Assembly (NCBI GenBank): GCA_944323845.1
Contig: CALUUA010000002.1
Coordinates: forward strand, 18,444-82,443
Length of the DNA: 64,000 nucleotides
Source of the DNA: an uncultured Bacteroidales bacterium
GTDB lineage: Bacteria; Bacteroidota; Bacteroidia; Bacteroidales; UBA932
Direction of reading: 5' to 3'
A program made the translations under genes and the position numbers. How positions within the stretch are numbered: the first letter of the stretch is position 1; every line of letters begins with the position of its first letter. The notes under the pieces are model-generated. The model was not told the origin of the DNA, made no database searches, and saw only the letters and a program-made list of their open reading frames with translations. Positions 31,425 through 41,840 of the stretch are shown here, piece by piece.

Positions 31425-32642
31425 GGTCACGCCCAGCCCCAGAAAACACCCGTTCACCGGAATTTCATATATCTGCCCGTCCAGGACATACGCAGGAGGG
31501 AGGGAAGGATCCATGGGATTCAGGCAGATACAGTAACGGCCATTCATGAAATTCCCCATTCCTGCCGATATCAGCACATAGCCTTCCGGCAATCCGATAT
31601 AATTTCCGTCCAGATACAGGTACTGATTCGACCAGTCATCGTCATAATATCCCACAGCGGCGGCTTTCCCTCCGTCAGGATAACAGGCCACGACCTTGAA
31701 AGACTTTTCGAAAACGACATGCACCGACATATCGCGCCACAGTACCGCCCTGACGTCTCCGTCAGCGTCTTCGGCACGGCCCAGAACATAGACCGAACAG
31801 CTGTCCGCCAATATGGAATCCGCCCCTTTAAGGCTCATGCCGTCCGGGGCTTCAAGCTCATATGGCATGTAGTTCCTGTACAGCCATCCGGAACTCCCGT
31901 CCGCAGTCTGCGCCAGCATACAGACTTCGCCCTTCCACATCCGGATATCCACGATATCCTGTCCTGTTTCCGGAGCCTTCACCTGCGACATCACCCCATC
32001 CTGCACGATATAATGCATGGTCAGAGTCTGATACCCTTCCTCGTATGTGACGGATGAAGTAAAGACAGTCTTTCCCTCATCCTGATACAGGCCGGAAGTC
32101 AGTACGCCTTCTTCCGATGCGGCCATCACCGCCCCGTTCTTCCTGAATCTCCATCCGCCGCCTTCCCTCGGGACGCCGAGAGTGAAAACGGTGGTCCCTC
32201 CATACTCCAGAAAACCCTTCAGCATTTCCCTTCCGGGATACCTGAAGATTTCCTCCCCGTCACGTCCGATCACTGTCTCCCCTTCCGTGGAATAGTCTGT
32301 GAATACATGGGCTCCGGAACACCTTATCATATCGGCATCTGTCGATATCCCATATTCATGTCCTGTCTGAAAACGCAAGACCTCATCCCCGTCCTCCTCC
32401 AAGAGCAGGATTTCACAATCTACGCTGCCGTACTGCGGATCCTTGAGCCAGTCATAGCCGTCCGGATAGACGGCAGCCGCCAGATAATAAGAAATCCCGG
32501 CTTCCTGAGGCTGCCCCTCCCCTGAAGACTGCACTCCGTCAGCCGGGACAGCAGACCTGCGGCTTTCCCAGGAATCTTCCATACAGGAAGAGGCAGCCAG
32601 AAAAGCTGTCATGAGCATGATAACGTTGAATTTCCTTCCCAT
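31392..32642 (-). CDS. Hypothetical lipoprotein (beta-rich)
   Basis: Lipobox LAASSC from ATG 32642; 3' end overlaps mlaF convergently by 33 bp; no family recognised. Confidence 0.7.
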   Translation of the reverse strand: MGRKFNVIMLMTAFLAASSCMEDSWESRRSAVPADGVQSSGEGQPQEAGISYYLAAAVYPDGYDWLKDPQYGSVDCEILLLEEDGDEVLRFQTGHEYGISTDADMIRCSGAHVFTDYSTEGETVIGRDGEEIFRYPGREMLKGFLEYGGTTVFTLGVPREGGGWRFRKNGAVMAASEEGVLTSGLYQDEGKTVFTSSVTYEEGYQTLTMHYIVQDGVMSQVKAPETGQDIVDIRMWKGEVCMLAQTADGSSGWLYRNYMPYELEAPDGMSLKGADSILADSCSVYVLGRAEDADGDVRAVLWRDMSVHVVFEKSFKVVACYPDGGKAAAVGYYDDDWSNQYLYLDGNYIGLPEGYVLISAGMGNFMNGRYCICLNPMDPSLPPAYVLDGQIYEIPVNGCFLGLGVTSTLFDDVSGQ

Positions 32643-32654
32643 GTTTTTTACGCC

Positions 32655-32700
32655 AAAGGAAAGAAATCGGCGGCAGACTGAAAAATCGTCCGCCGCCGAT
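32655..32700 (-). terminator. Intrinsic terminator downstream of ispE
   Basis: 13-bp stem (atcggcggc arms, one G-U pair on minus strand) followed by TTCTTTCCTTT on the minus strand. Confidence 0.6.
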
Positions 32701-32747
32701 ATGCGCATTCCGCCACAATTTTCTTTTTCCTTCTATTTTTTCTTTTT

Positions 32748-33611
32748 TTAACGGTCCGTTCTCGGATATATGGCAAAAAAGGCCGAACCGCTGCCTGACA
32801 TGGAAGCATATACCGCCCCTGTCTCATATAAAGACCGTTTGACCTGAGACAGAGCCGGATATTTTCTGAAAACTGTCTCCTCGAACGCATTGGTCACATG
32901 GTCTTTCCAGCTTTCCACCGGATATGAAAGTCTCTCGCGCAGAGGCCGCTCCGGGACTGAAGGCACGATACCCTTATATGCATCGGCCGTGGAAACGGAC
33001 ACCCCTTCGGGCACGATCACTTTCACTTCATATTTTTCATGGAAATCCGCCGGCAGGTCATATCCGGACAGTACTTCGCCCCGTCCGCTTCCGAACATAG
33101 GCCTGTCATGCAGGAAAAAAGAGCAGTCGCTGCCGAGCCTCGCCGCATAGACGGACAGACTGTCCGTATCAAGATCCAGGCAGAAAAGGTCGGAAAGCAT
33201 CTTCAGCGCAAATGCAGCATCGGCCGAGCCTCCTCCGAGACCGGCCCCTACCGGAGAAGTCTTCTCTATAAAAATCTTTACCGGGGCGAGGGAAAAATCC
33301 GCATCCAGAAGTCTGAATGCCCTGACAGTCAGATCTTCCAGAGGATTCCAGTCCACGCCTTCCGCTCTGGCTATGGTCACCATCACCTTCGCATCGTCCG
33401 ACACGGCCTGCACGATCCGGCCTTTCCGTGCATCATAGAGCGACTGCAGATGCCCTGCAGTCGATGAAAAATCATCAGCCTCGATGATTTCGAGAGTATC
33501 CCGTATCTCATGGTACGGGACGAAAAGGGTCTCCAGATCATGAAAACCGTCAGGTCTCTTCCTCAGGACATCGAGACCGAAATTGAGTTTTACAAATGGA
33601 TGTGCTATCAT
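32748..33611 (-). CDS. ispE: 4-diphosphocytidyl-2-C-methyl-D-erythritol kinase
   Basis: KLNFGLDVLRKRPDGFHDLETLF, GAGLGGGSADAA, LGSDC, MSGSGS. Confidence 0.95.
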   Translation of the reverse strand: MIAHPFVKLNFGLDVLRKRPDGFHDLETLFVPYHEIRDTLEIIEADDFSSTAGHLQSLYDARKGRIVQAVSDDAKVMVTIARAEGVDWNPLEDLTVRAFRLLDADFSLAPVKIFIEKTSPVGAGLGGGSADAAFALKMLSDLFCLDLDTDSLSVYAARLGSDCSFFLHDRPMFGSGRGEVLSGYDLPADFHEKYEVKVIVPEGVSVSTADAYKGIVPSVPERPLRERLSYPVESWKDHVTNAFEETVFRKYPALSQVKRSLYETGAVYASMSGSGSAFFAIYPRTDR

Positions 33612-34343
33612 TCAGAATCCGTTTCTGACAGTATGTCCGACATATGCAGCCAGATTCTCCCTGTCTTCGCCTTCCGGCAGGATTTCGAGCACGGAAGATA
33701 TGAATGATACCATCTGGAGAACCTTGGCCTCGCTTTCGGGGATACCTCTGGACCTCATATAGAACTGCTCCTCCTCGTTCAGTTTCCCGATTGTGGCTCC
33801 GTGGGAGCACTTTACGTCATCAGCATAAATCTCAAGCTGCGGCTGTGTATCCGCCTTGGCCGTATCCGACAGCAGAAGATTGTGGTTTTCCTGATACGCT
33901 TCAGTGACCTGTGCATCAGGATCCACTACTATCCTGCCATAGAATCCGGCTCTGGCAGTCCCTGACACTATGCCCTTGAAAAGCTGGCGGGATGTACAGT
34001 GATGCACCCTGTGGAAAAGCTCCACGTTGATGCGCACCTTCTCTGCGTCCGGGCAGAGATACAGCCCGAAAAGCCGGCATGAAGCCCCGGGTCCCGTAAG
34101 TTCGATCCGGAAATCCATGTCAGTATCCGCACCCGGCAGCACGAGGACGAGAATGTCGGCTCCGGCATTCTCTTCAAGAATGATATGCCGGCAGGACTCC
34201 CTGCCATACAGCGCGGAGAAACCGCAAATGCCGGACTTCAGATGCTCTTTCGCTTCCTGGCCGGCGGCTACAAGCATCAGCCTGCAGCTATCGCCGGATT
34301 TTATGACGGTGCTGTCCATAAAATCATCAGTTAATGCTGTCAT
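33612..34343 (-). CDS. sufD: Fe-S cluster assembly protein SufD (short form)
   Basis: SRQLFKGIV, FYGRIVV, AYQENHNLLLS, PQLEIYADDVKCSHGATIG, FYMRSRGI; only 243 aa. Confidence 0.88.
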   Translation of the reverse strand: MTALTDDFMDSTVIKSGDSCRLMLVAAGQEAKEHLKSGICGFSALYGRESCRHIILEENAGADILVLVLPGADTDMDFRIELTGPGASCRLFGLYLCPDAEKVRINVELFHRVHHCTSRQLFKGIVSGTARAGFYGRIVVDPDAQVTEAYQENHNLLLSDTAKADTQPQLEIYADDVKCSHGATIGKLNEEEQFYMRSRGIPESEAKVLQMVSFISSVLEILPEGEDRENLAAYVGHTVRNGF

Positions 34344-35079
34344 ATCCCTGCTCTTCTATCCTGGACACCAGCTCCTTGCCGGCCGTCATGACGATTCTGC
34401 CGTCTTTCAGCACATGGACAATATCAGGGACAATATAGTCGAGCAGCCTCTGGTAATGAGTAATGACAATGGCGGCTTTCTCCGGCGTCTTGAGCTTGTT
34501 CACGCCCTCTGCGACTATGCGGAGAGCGTCCACATCCAGACCGCTGTCGGTCTCGTCCAGTATGGAAAGTATCGGGTCGAGCATGGCCATCTGGAAGATT
34601 TCGTTGCGTTTCTTCTCCCCTCCGGAGAAACCCACGTTCACTTCCCTCTTTGCAAACTCGGGCTTCATCTGTACCAGAGCCATCTTCTCTTTCATGAGTT
34701 TGAGGAATGCCGCAGCCGACAAGGGCTCTTTTCCTTCAGCCTTCAGTCTGGAGTTTACGGCAGTTTTCATGAAATTGGTGATCGAGACGCCCGGAATCTC
34801 CACCGGATACTGAAAAGAAAGGAAAATGCCGGCCCAGGAGCGTTCTTCCGGACTCATTTTCAGAAGATCCTGACCCAGAAAAGTGATTTTCCCGTCAGTC
34901 ACCGTGTACTGCGGTTTGCCGGCCAGAACAGAGGACAGGGTGCTTTTCCCCGCCCCGTTAGGTCCCATGACCACATGGGTTTCGCCTCTGCGGACTGTCA
35001 GATCGACTCCTTTCAGAATCTCCTTGTCATCCACTCTGGCTTTGAGGCCCTCGATTTTCAACAGGATATCGTTTTCCAT
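34327..35079 (-). CDS. sufC: Fe-S cluster assembly ATPase SufC
   Basis: MGPNGAGKST, FQYPVEIPGV, GFSGGEKKRNEIFQM, DETDSGLDVDAL, ITHYQRLL. Confidence 0.96.
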   Translation of the reverse strand: MENDILLKIEGLKARVDDKEILKGVDLTVRRGETHVVMGPNGAGKSTLSSVLAGKPQYTVTDGKITFLGQDLLKMSPEERSWAGIFLSFQYPVEIPGVSITNFMKTAVNSRLKAEGKEPLSAAAFLKLMKEKMALVQMKPEFAKREVNVGFSGGEKKRNEIFQMAMLDPILSILDETDSGLDVDALRIVAEGVNKLKTPEKAAIVITHYQRLLDYIVPDIVHVLKDGRIVMTAGKELVSRIEEQGYDSIN

Positions 35080-35136
35080 AATTCCGGTTTTTCTTTATGA
35101 TATTTTCTTATTGCAATTCATATTCTTCATGCGTCG

Positions 35137-35796
35137 TCATGCCTTTCTGGAATACAGCCCCGTCCAGTTGATCAGGGAGACTATCCCGTTTATCAGATAC
35201 AGGCCGCATACCACCGGCATGAAGACATGTCCCACAGACAGATGCAGCCACAGCTGGGCTATGTTCACCAGAAGCCAGGCCACCCAGCAGTCCCATTTCT
35301 TCAGGGCGGACAGGAACTGGGCCGCCAATATCAGGACCGTCACGCAAGAATCCAGATAAGGGACGGGATCCGCCGGCAATATGCCTGTAAGCCATCCGTT
35401 CCCGAGCAGGCTGAGAAGCCGGCCCCACAGACCTGCCAGTACCAGAACCGCTGTCAGGACTGCAGCTCGCTGCGGCCATGTCAGCATGGTGACCTTCAGT
35501 TCTCCCGGATGCAGGGAACTCTCCTCTCCCTTTCGCGGATGCGTCCACCTGTAATGCCCCATAATGTTTATTCCGAGCGAAACCGGCTGCAGAAGGAGAC
35601 TCGCATACAAATGCTTGTTCCAGAACATCAGGAACAGCAAAACGGTATATAGATATCCTATCCAGAAATTGTATTTGCTGTTTCTGCCGGCCAGAATGAC
35701 ACAGCCCAGCCCCGCTGCCGATGTCACCAGATCTATCAGCAGGACCGGGGTATCCCCGCCGATTGTAAACAATGTATGGTTTATGATCTCATGCAT
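35137..35796 (-). CDS. pnuC: PnuC-family nucleoside/vitamin transporter
   Basis: Multi-TM hydrophobic protein with NFWIG, PYLDS and WDCWVAWLLVN (WxxWxxxN) signature; substrate specificity uncertain. Confidence 0.82.
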   Translation of the reverse strand: MHEIINHTLFTIGGDTPVLLIDLVTSAAGLGCVILAGRNSKYNFWIGYLYTVLLFLMFWNKHLYASLLLQPVSLGINIMGHYRWTHPRKGEESSLHPGELKVTMLTWPQRAAVLTAVLVLAGLWGRLLSLLGNGWLTGILPADPVPYLDSCVTVLILAAQFLSALKKWDCWVAWLLVNIAQLWLHLSVGHVFMPVVCGLYLINGIVSLINWTGLYSRKA

Positions 35797-35813
35797 GATT
35801 CATGTCTGTCAGT

Positions 35814-37247
35814 CTACCCTACCGAGCCTTCAAGGGAAACCTGCAGGAGCTTCCTTGCCTCCACGGCGAACTCCATCGGGAGTTTGGCCAGAACCTCCTG
35901 GGCATATCCGTTTACTATCAGACCCACGGCATCTTCAGGGCCTATTCCCCTCTGGTTGCAGTAGAAAAGCTGTTCTTCGCTTATTTTGGAGGTAGTGGCT
36001 TCATGCTCCACCACGGAAGAGCTGTTCGCATTGACAATATGCGGGAACGTATGTGCCCCGCATTTGTCACCTATAAGAAGACTGTCGCACTGGGAGTAGT
36101 TTCTGGAGTTCTCCGCCTTCGGCTCTATCCTGACCAGACCGCGGTAGCTGTTCTGGCTGCGGCCTGCCGAAATTCCCTTGCTGATAATGCGGCTTCGGGT
36201 ATTCCGGCCTATATGGATCATCTTCGTACCGGTATCGGCCTGCTGCATATTGTTCGTAACGGCTACGGAATAAAATTCGGATGAGGAATTGTCCCCTTTC
36301 AGGATAGTGCTCGGATATTTCCATGTGATGGCCGAACCTGTCTCCACCTGCGTCCACGAGAGATGGCTGCCCTCACCTTTGCAGATTCCGCGCTTGGTCA
36401 CGAAGTTGAATATTCCTCCCCTGCCCTGCACATCGCCGGGATACCAGTTCTGGACAGTGGAATATTTCACATCGGCGCCCTTCTCCACCACGATTTCCAC
36501 GACAGCCGCATGGAGCTGGTTCTCGTCCCTCATCGGAGCCGTGCAGCCTTCGAGATAGCTGACATACGAATCCTCGTCAGCCACTATCAGAGTCCTTTCG
36601 AACTGGCCTGTACCGCTCGCGTTGATCCTGAAATAGCTGGAAAGTTCCATCGGACAACGGACGCCTTTGGGAATGTAGCAGAAGGAACCGTCGCTGAAGA
36701 CGGCGGAATTGAGGGCTGCGTAGAAATTGTCCCCGACAGGGACAACCGATGCCAGATATTTTCTGACCAGATCAGGATAATCCCTGACTGCCTCGGAAAA
36801 CGGACAGAATATTATGCCTTTTTCGGCAAGTGTCTTGCGGAATGTGGTTTTCACGGATACCGAATCGAATACGGCATCCACCGCCACCCCGGCCAGAGCC
36901 TCGCGTTCATGAAGCGGGATTCCCAGTTTCTCGAACGTAGCTTCCAGCTCCGGGTCTATATGGTCCGGTCTGTCTTTTTTCGGGGCCGCAAAATATATTA
37001 TGTCCTGAAAATCAATCTGCGGGATGTCCAAATGCGCCCATGACGGCATTTTCATCTTCTGCCATTTGCGGAATGCATCGAGACGGAAATCAAGCAGCCA
37101 CTGCGGTTCGTCTTTCTTCGACGAAATGAGCCTGATGATGTCCTCGTTCAGTCCTTTCGGAATAAATTCCTGCTCCACATCGGTCACGAAACCGTGTTCG
37201 TACTCCTGCGAAGTGATTTCTTTCAATATGTCCTTGTCTTCTGCCAT
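35814..37247 (-). CDS. sufB: Fe-S cluster assembly protein SufB
   Basis: [66 protein letters not shown]; ATG 37247 preferred. Confidence 0.96.
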   Translation of the reverse strand: MAEDKDILKEITSQEYEHGFVTDVEQEFIPKGLNEDIIRLISSKKDEPQWLLDFRLDAFRKWQKMKMPSWAHLDIPQIDFQDIIYFAAPKKDRPDHIDPELEATFEKLGIPLHEREALAGVAVDAVFDSVSVKTTFRKTLAEKGIIFCPFSEAVRDYPDLVRKYLASVVPVGDNFYAALNSAVFSDGSFCYIPKGVRCPMELSSYFRINASGTGQFERTLIVADEDSYVSYLEGCTAPMRDENQLHAAVVEIVVEKGADVKYSTVQNWYPGDVQGRGGIFNFVTKRGICKGEGSHLSWTQVETGSAITWKYPSTILKGDNSSSEFYSVAVTNNMQQADTGTKMIHIGRNTRSRIISKGISAGRSQNSYRGLVRIEPKAENSRNYSQCDSLLIGDKCGAHTFPHIVNANSSSVVEHEATTSKISEEQLFYCNQRGIGPEDAVGLIVNGYAQEVLAKLPMEFAVEARKLLQVSLEGSVG

Positions 37248-37282
37248 AGTCTTCTTTCCATAATCGGCAATAATCGGCGGGA

Positions 37283-38503
37283 TCACTTATTCAGACGGGT
37301 CCTGCCTTTGGCCAGACCGCCGGCGCCGGTTTCCTTGTAAAGGGACGGAATATCATGGCCGGTCTCCTTCATCACCTGCACGACCTCATCGAAGGACACC
37401 CGGTGGAATCCGTCGGAAAACGATGCATAAATATTCGAATCCAAGGCTCTGGCGGCCGCGAACGCGTTCCTTTCTATGCACGGTATCTGCACCAGTCCGC
37501 ACACGGGATCGCATGTCATGCCCAGATGATGTTCGAGCCCCATTTCCGCCGCATACTCCACCTGTGTGGGAGTGCCGCCGAAAAGCTGGCACGTAGCCGC
37601 CGACGCCATGGCGCAGGCCACGCCCACTTCACCCTGACAGCCGACCTCGGCTCCGGATATGGATGCGTTGTGCTTGACCACGTTTCCGAAAATGCCGCCC
37701 GTAGCCAGTGCATGGAGAATCCGTTTTTCGTTGAAATCATGGCCTTTCGAGATATGGTACAGCACGGCCGGAAGCACTCCGCTGGAGCCGCAGGTGGGCG
37801 CAGTGACCACTACTCCGCCGGACGCGTTCTCCTCGCTGACCGCCAGGGCATACGAGAATACCATGCCGCGCGTCTGGAGGTTTGCCTTGTAACCGGACGC
37901 CTTTATGTGATATGTGGCCGCCTTTCTCGAAAGTTTCAGAGGTCCCGGCAAAGCCCCTTCGCTGTCGAGTCCTCTGTGGATGGAGGCCTTCATCGCTTCC
38001 CAAACCGCCTTGAGATAGTCCCAGATGTCTTCATCCTCGCACTGCTGGACATATTCCCAGTAATTCCTTCCGTTTTCCTGACACCACTTCACGATTTCGG
38101 CTATAGTATTCAGTCCATACACCTCGTGACCCTCGCCGATGGCTGAGCCCGGACCTTCTGAAATCGTCCCTCCTCCGATACTGTAGACCGTCCATTCGGG
38201 GCCTGAATGCCCGTCGCTGTCTTTCGCCAGAAATTTCATCCCGTTCGGATGATAAGGCAGGAAGATGTCCGGTTCCCAGACAATGTCGACACGCTTCCTC
38301 CCTCCGTCGGAGAGCGCATCGATAACGGCGACATCCGTCAAATGCCCTTTCCCCGTAGCGGCAAGGCTGCCGTAAAGCGTCACTTCGTAAGAATCCGCCT
38401 CAGGATGCCTGTGGGCAAACATGGCCGCCGCCTTCGCAGGCCCCATGGTATGGCTGCTCGATGGCCCTCGGCCTATCTTATATAATTCCTTCAATGATTT
38501 CAC
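37283..38503 (-). CDS. sdaA: Fe-S-dependent L-serine ammonia-lyase (single chain)
   Basis: [67 protein letters not shown]. Confidence 0.95.
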   Translation of the reverse strand: MKSLKELYKIGRGPSSSHTMGPAKAAAMFAHRHPEADSYEVTLYGSLAATGKGHLTDVAVIDALSDGGRKRVDIVWEPDIFLPYHPNGMKFLAKDSDGHSGPEWTVYSIGGGTISEGPGSAIGEGHEVYGLNTIAEIVKWCQENGRNYWEYVQQCEDEDIWDYLKAVWEAMKASIHRGLDSEGALPGPLKLSRKAATYHIKASGYKANLQTRGMVFSYALAVSEENASGGVVVTAPTCGSSGVLPAVLYHISKGHDFNEKRILHALATGGIFGNVVKHNASISGAEVGCQGEVGVACAMASAATCQLFGGTPTQVEYAAEMGLEHHLGMTCDPVCGLVQIPCIERNAFAAARALDSNIYASFSDGFHRVSFDEVVQVMKETGHDIPSLYKETGAGGLAKGRTRLNK

Positions 38504-38576
38504 TGCCGTTTTCCTGCTGGAACAGGAGGATGACCCGAAAGGTCTCCGGGTCGCCCCGGCCTCCCGAAAATTTCGG

Positions 38577-38584
38577 CAAATTTA
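38577..38584 (-). promoter_or_regulatory. Bacteroidota -7 box for the sdaA-suf operon
   Basis: TAAATTTG on the minus strand about 75 bp upstream of the sdaA start. Confidence 0.5.
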
Positions 38585-38614
38585 ATAATTAAAGGACAAT
38601 AATGACTGCATTCC

Positions 38615-38646
38615 GGCAAAAAGAGGGCAAAAAGAAGGCAAAAACG
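38615..38646 (+). repeat. Three phased 11-bp direct repeats (GGCAAAAA core)
   Basis: ggcaaaaagag / ggcaaaaagaa / ggcaaaaacg. Confidence 0.7.
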
Positions 38647-38806
38647 TCTTTTTCCGCCACTTATAAACCTTAAGCGGAACCTTAAAACAGGTTCCATTCC
38701 ATAACCGCACACGGGCAAATTGTTCCGATATGTAAAATATTCGCCGGAATATTTTTATGAATCGTTTTTAACTCTATCAGAATCAGCGTGAAAAATTTTG
38801 TTAAGG

Positions 38807-38838
38807 ATTGATATTGTGATTAAAAATCGCTACCTTTG
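38807..38838 (+). promoter_or_regulatory. Bacteroidota sigma70 promoter of the susC operon
   Basis: -7 box TACCTTTG at 38831-38838 with ATTG at 38807-38810, at about -33 spacing. Confidence 0.6.
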
Positions 38839-38862
38839 CGCCCCGAAAATTAAGTATAGTAT

Positions 38863-41826
38863 ATGAAAACAACATTGTTGATTCTTCTTGAACTTTTAAT
38901 CTGTGGATTGCCGGCAGCAGCCGCATCTCAGATCGAGGACAGGGAAGATGTCACAGTCAGCGGTGTCGTGTCTTCAGCAGAAGACGGACAGCCTCTGATC
39001 GGTGTCGTTGTCATGTCTTCAGCAGGGGGGGGCGTCAGCGCTTCCGATGACGGAAGCTATTCGCTTACGGTTCCTGCAGGGACAGTTCTCACATTTCATG
39101 CCATCAGCTACGAAACAGTCGAATACATCGTACCGTCAGGCTCTCCGGCCGTAACCTATGATGTAGTCATGACTTCAGACTCCCAGCTTCTGGAAGAAAC
39201 CGTGGTGGTGGCTTACGGCGTGAGAAAGAAAGGCACTATCACAGGTTCCGTATCCAGTGTCAAGTCGGAAAAGATAGAAAGCACACCGACTGCGGCCTTC
39301 GACCAGGCACTGCAGGGACAGGTCCCGGGACTGACCGTACTTTCTTCCACCGGAGAACCGAGCGCATCCGCCACGATGCTTATCCGCGGTACGAACTCCA
39401 TAAACTCCGGCACTTCGCCTCTTTACATTCTGGATGGAGCTGCCATCGAGGCTTCTGAATTCAACTCCATAAATCCTTCGGATATCGAGAGCATTTCAGT
39501 CCTCAAGGACGCATCGTCCACATCCATCTACGGAGCCCGTGCATCGAACGGCGTGATAGTCATCACCACCAAGCGCGGACGCATGGCAGACAAGCCGACC
39601 ATTTCATTCAGGGCACAGCTCGGAATCTCCGATGTCGCTCACGGCCAGTGGAATCTGATGAATACGGAAGAGCGTATAGCCTACGAGAAGGAAATCGGTC
39701 TGGATGCAGGTAAAGATTACGCCACGCTTTCCAAGATAGATGTAGACTGGCAGGACGTTGTCTACAACGACGCCGCCCTTCTCCAGAATTACGAGCTTTC
39801 AGTGTCAGGAGCTACCGAAAAGACAAACTACTATATCTCCGGCTCATATTACGATCAGGAAGGAATCGCCATGGGCTCGAACTTCAACCGTTATTCCATC
39901 AGGGCCAATGTAGAGCAGCGTGCAGCCAAATGGCTGACAGTCGGCACGAATACCATGCTCAACTATCAGGACATCGAGCAGGCGGACGAGGGACAGCCGT
40001 CCATCGTCACTCCTATTTCGGCAGCACAATTCATGCTTCCGTACTGGGATCCGTACAATGCCGACGGGTCGATAGCCATTACCGGAAGTTCCGATCCGAA
40101 GAAAAGCTGGAAAGGAGACGGAGTAAACCCTATCGAATGGCTGGACAACAATCCGCTTTCCTTTAAAAGATATAAGGTATTCTCCTCTATTTTCGCAGAG
40201 GCCAGACCTATAGAAGGACTCTCTATCCGCTCGCAGTTCACCGTGGACTACACCCACACGACCGGCTACGGAAAATCCTATCCTGATTTCGCGCCTAACC
40301 AGGAATCGGGACAGGCGATGAGAAGTTCTACCGACGGACTGGCACTGTCCGTGACCAATACGATAGGCTATCAGTTCGACATCAATCATGACCATTCGTT
40401 CAATTTCATGGTGGGACAGGAAGGCATCAATTATCATTACGAGGCCTTCAACGTATTGTCCGAAGGACAGAACAATCATTATTTGACGAATCTGACCACC
40501 GGTTCCCGCGTATCTTCATGGGGAGACACCACCGATAACGACTACGGTTTCCTCTCATTTTTCGCCAGAGCCGAATACAACTACGCGAACAAATACTATC
40601 TCGAACTTTCAGGACGTGCGGATGCATCCTCCCGGTTCGGAAAGGACGGCCGCTGGGCAGGCTTCGGGTCCGTCGGCCTCATGTGGAACATGCTGAACGA
40701 GGATTTCATGGCCTCATCACGCCACTGGCTGACTTTCGCTCAGGTATCTTTCAGCAGCGGAACAGCAGGAAACTCCACTATCCCGAACTATGAGCATCTG
40801 GCTCTGATCGGAAGCGCCGGAGACTATGTAGGACAGCCGGGACTCGCTCCGTCCACCCAGGGTAACGAAAACCTGAGCTGGGAAACCACATGGACCACGA
40901 ACCTCGGTCTGCACTTCGCATTCTGGAACAGGCTCAACGTGGATCTCGAACTTTACAACAAGTACACATACAACATGCTCATGCTTGTCCCGAAATCGTA
41001 TTCAGACAACGGCTTCGGCTCGAACTGGGACAATGTCGGAGCCATGGTAAACCGCGGAGCCGAGCTCAACCTTACCGGAACGGCTCTCCAGATAGGCGAT
41101 TTCATCTGGACGCTGAACGCCAATGTGTCATATAACTATAATATGATCACGGAACTCTATGGCGGCGTCACCGAATACGAACAGGCCAATACCAGCCAGA
41201 AACTCGTGGTAGGCCATGATGTCGGGGAGTTCTTCATAAACCGCTTCGCCGGAGTGAACCCGGCAAACGGCGATGCCCTCTGGTACACGAAGGACGGCGA
41301 AATCATCGACGAGCTCCGCGACGAGGACAGGGTGATGATAGGCAAAAGCAGCAATGCTCCGTGGACCGGCGGTTTCGGAACCACTTTCTCATGGAAAGGT
41401 CTGTCACTCTCCGCACAGTTCAGCTGGGTCGCCGACAGATGGATGATAAACAACGACAGGTATTATCAGGAATCGAACGGACGTTTCCAGACCTACAACC
41501 AGTCAGCCAAGCTGCTCGACAGGTGGAAAGAACCGGGGGACATTTCAGAGACGCCGAGACATGGCGAGTACATGGAATTCGATGACCGTCTCCTTGAAGA
41601 CGCATCGTTCCTCAGACTGAAGAATCTGATACTTTCATATCAGGTACCTTCCCCTGTAATCCGCAAGTCTGGCTTCATAGAGGGTCTGAGAGTGTATTTC
41701 CAGGCTCAGAACCTGCTGACTTTCACGAATTTCTCGGGTCTTGATCCGGAAGGTGTAAGCAACATATACATCGCACAGTATCCGATGTCGAGACAGTTCA
41801 CTTTCGGTATCGACCTGACATTCTAA
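38863..41826 (+). CDS. susC: SusC/RagA-family TonB-dependent outer-membrane transporter
   Basis: TonB box LEETVVVAYG, plug motifs (IRGTNS, PLYILDG, ISVLKDASSTSIYGARASNGVIVITTKRG), SRFG, C-terminal GIDLTF. Confidence 0.96.
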   Translation: MKTTLLILLELLICGLPAAAASQIEDREDVTVSGVVSSAEDGQPLIGVVVMSSAGGGVSASDDGSYSLTVPAGTVLTFHAISYETVEYIVPSGSPAVTYDVVMTSDSQLLEETVVVAYGVRKKGTITGSVSSVKSEKIESTPTAAFDQALQGQVPGLTVLSSTGEPSASATMLIRGTNSINSGTSPLYILDGAAIEASEFNSINPSDIESISVLKDASSTSIYGARASNGVIVITTKRGRMADKPTISFRAQLGISDVAHGQWNLMNTEERIAYEKEIGLDAGKDYATLSKIDVDWQDVVYNDAALLQNYELSVSGATEKTNYYISGSYYDQEGIAMGSNFNRYSIRANVEQRAAKWLTVGTNTMLNYQDIEQADEGQPSIVTPISAAQFMLPYWDPYNADGSIAITGSSDPKKSWKGDGVNPIEWLDNNPLSFKRYKVFSSIFAEARPIEGLSIRSQFTVDYTHTTGYGKSYPDFAPNQESGQAMRSSTDGLALSVTNTIGYQFDINHDHSFNFMVGQEGINYHYEAFNVLSEGQNNHYLTNLTTGSRVSSWGDTTDNDYGFLSFFARAEYNYANKYYLELSGRADASSRFGKDGRWAGFGSVGLMWNMLNEDFMASSRHWLTFAQVSFSSGTAGNSTIPNYEHLALIGSAGDYVGQPGLAPSTQGNENLSWETTWTTNLGLHFAFWNRLNVDLELYNKYTYNMLMLVPKSYSDNGFGSNWDNVGAMVNRGAELNLTGTALQIGDFIWTLNANVSYNYNMITELYGGVTEYEQANTSQKLVVGHDVGEFFINRFAGVNPANGDALWYTKDGEIIDELRDEDRVMIGKSSNAPWTGGFGTTFSWKGLSLSAQFSWVADRWMINNDRYYQESNGRFQTYNQSAKLLDRWKEPGDISETPRHGEYMEFDDRLLEDASFLRLKNLILSYQVPSPVIRKSGFIEGLRVYFQAQNLLTFTNFSGLDPEGVSNIYIAQYPMSRQFTFGIDLTF

Positions 41827-41840
41827 AAGGAGGAAAAAAC

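Noticed and set aside
34027-35100. 357-aa plus-strand ORF; likewise 57915..59015 and 63281..63958
   Set aside because: Antisense shadows of sufC/sufD, the SPOR-like gene and dnaE respectively.
38504-38570. Structured sdaA leader with GGAGA and CTTTCGGG, loosely recalling a glycine riboswitch
   Set aside because: Too short and lacks the conserved CCGAAG/CUCAGG core; an Infernal search against Rfam would settle it.
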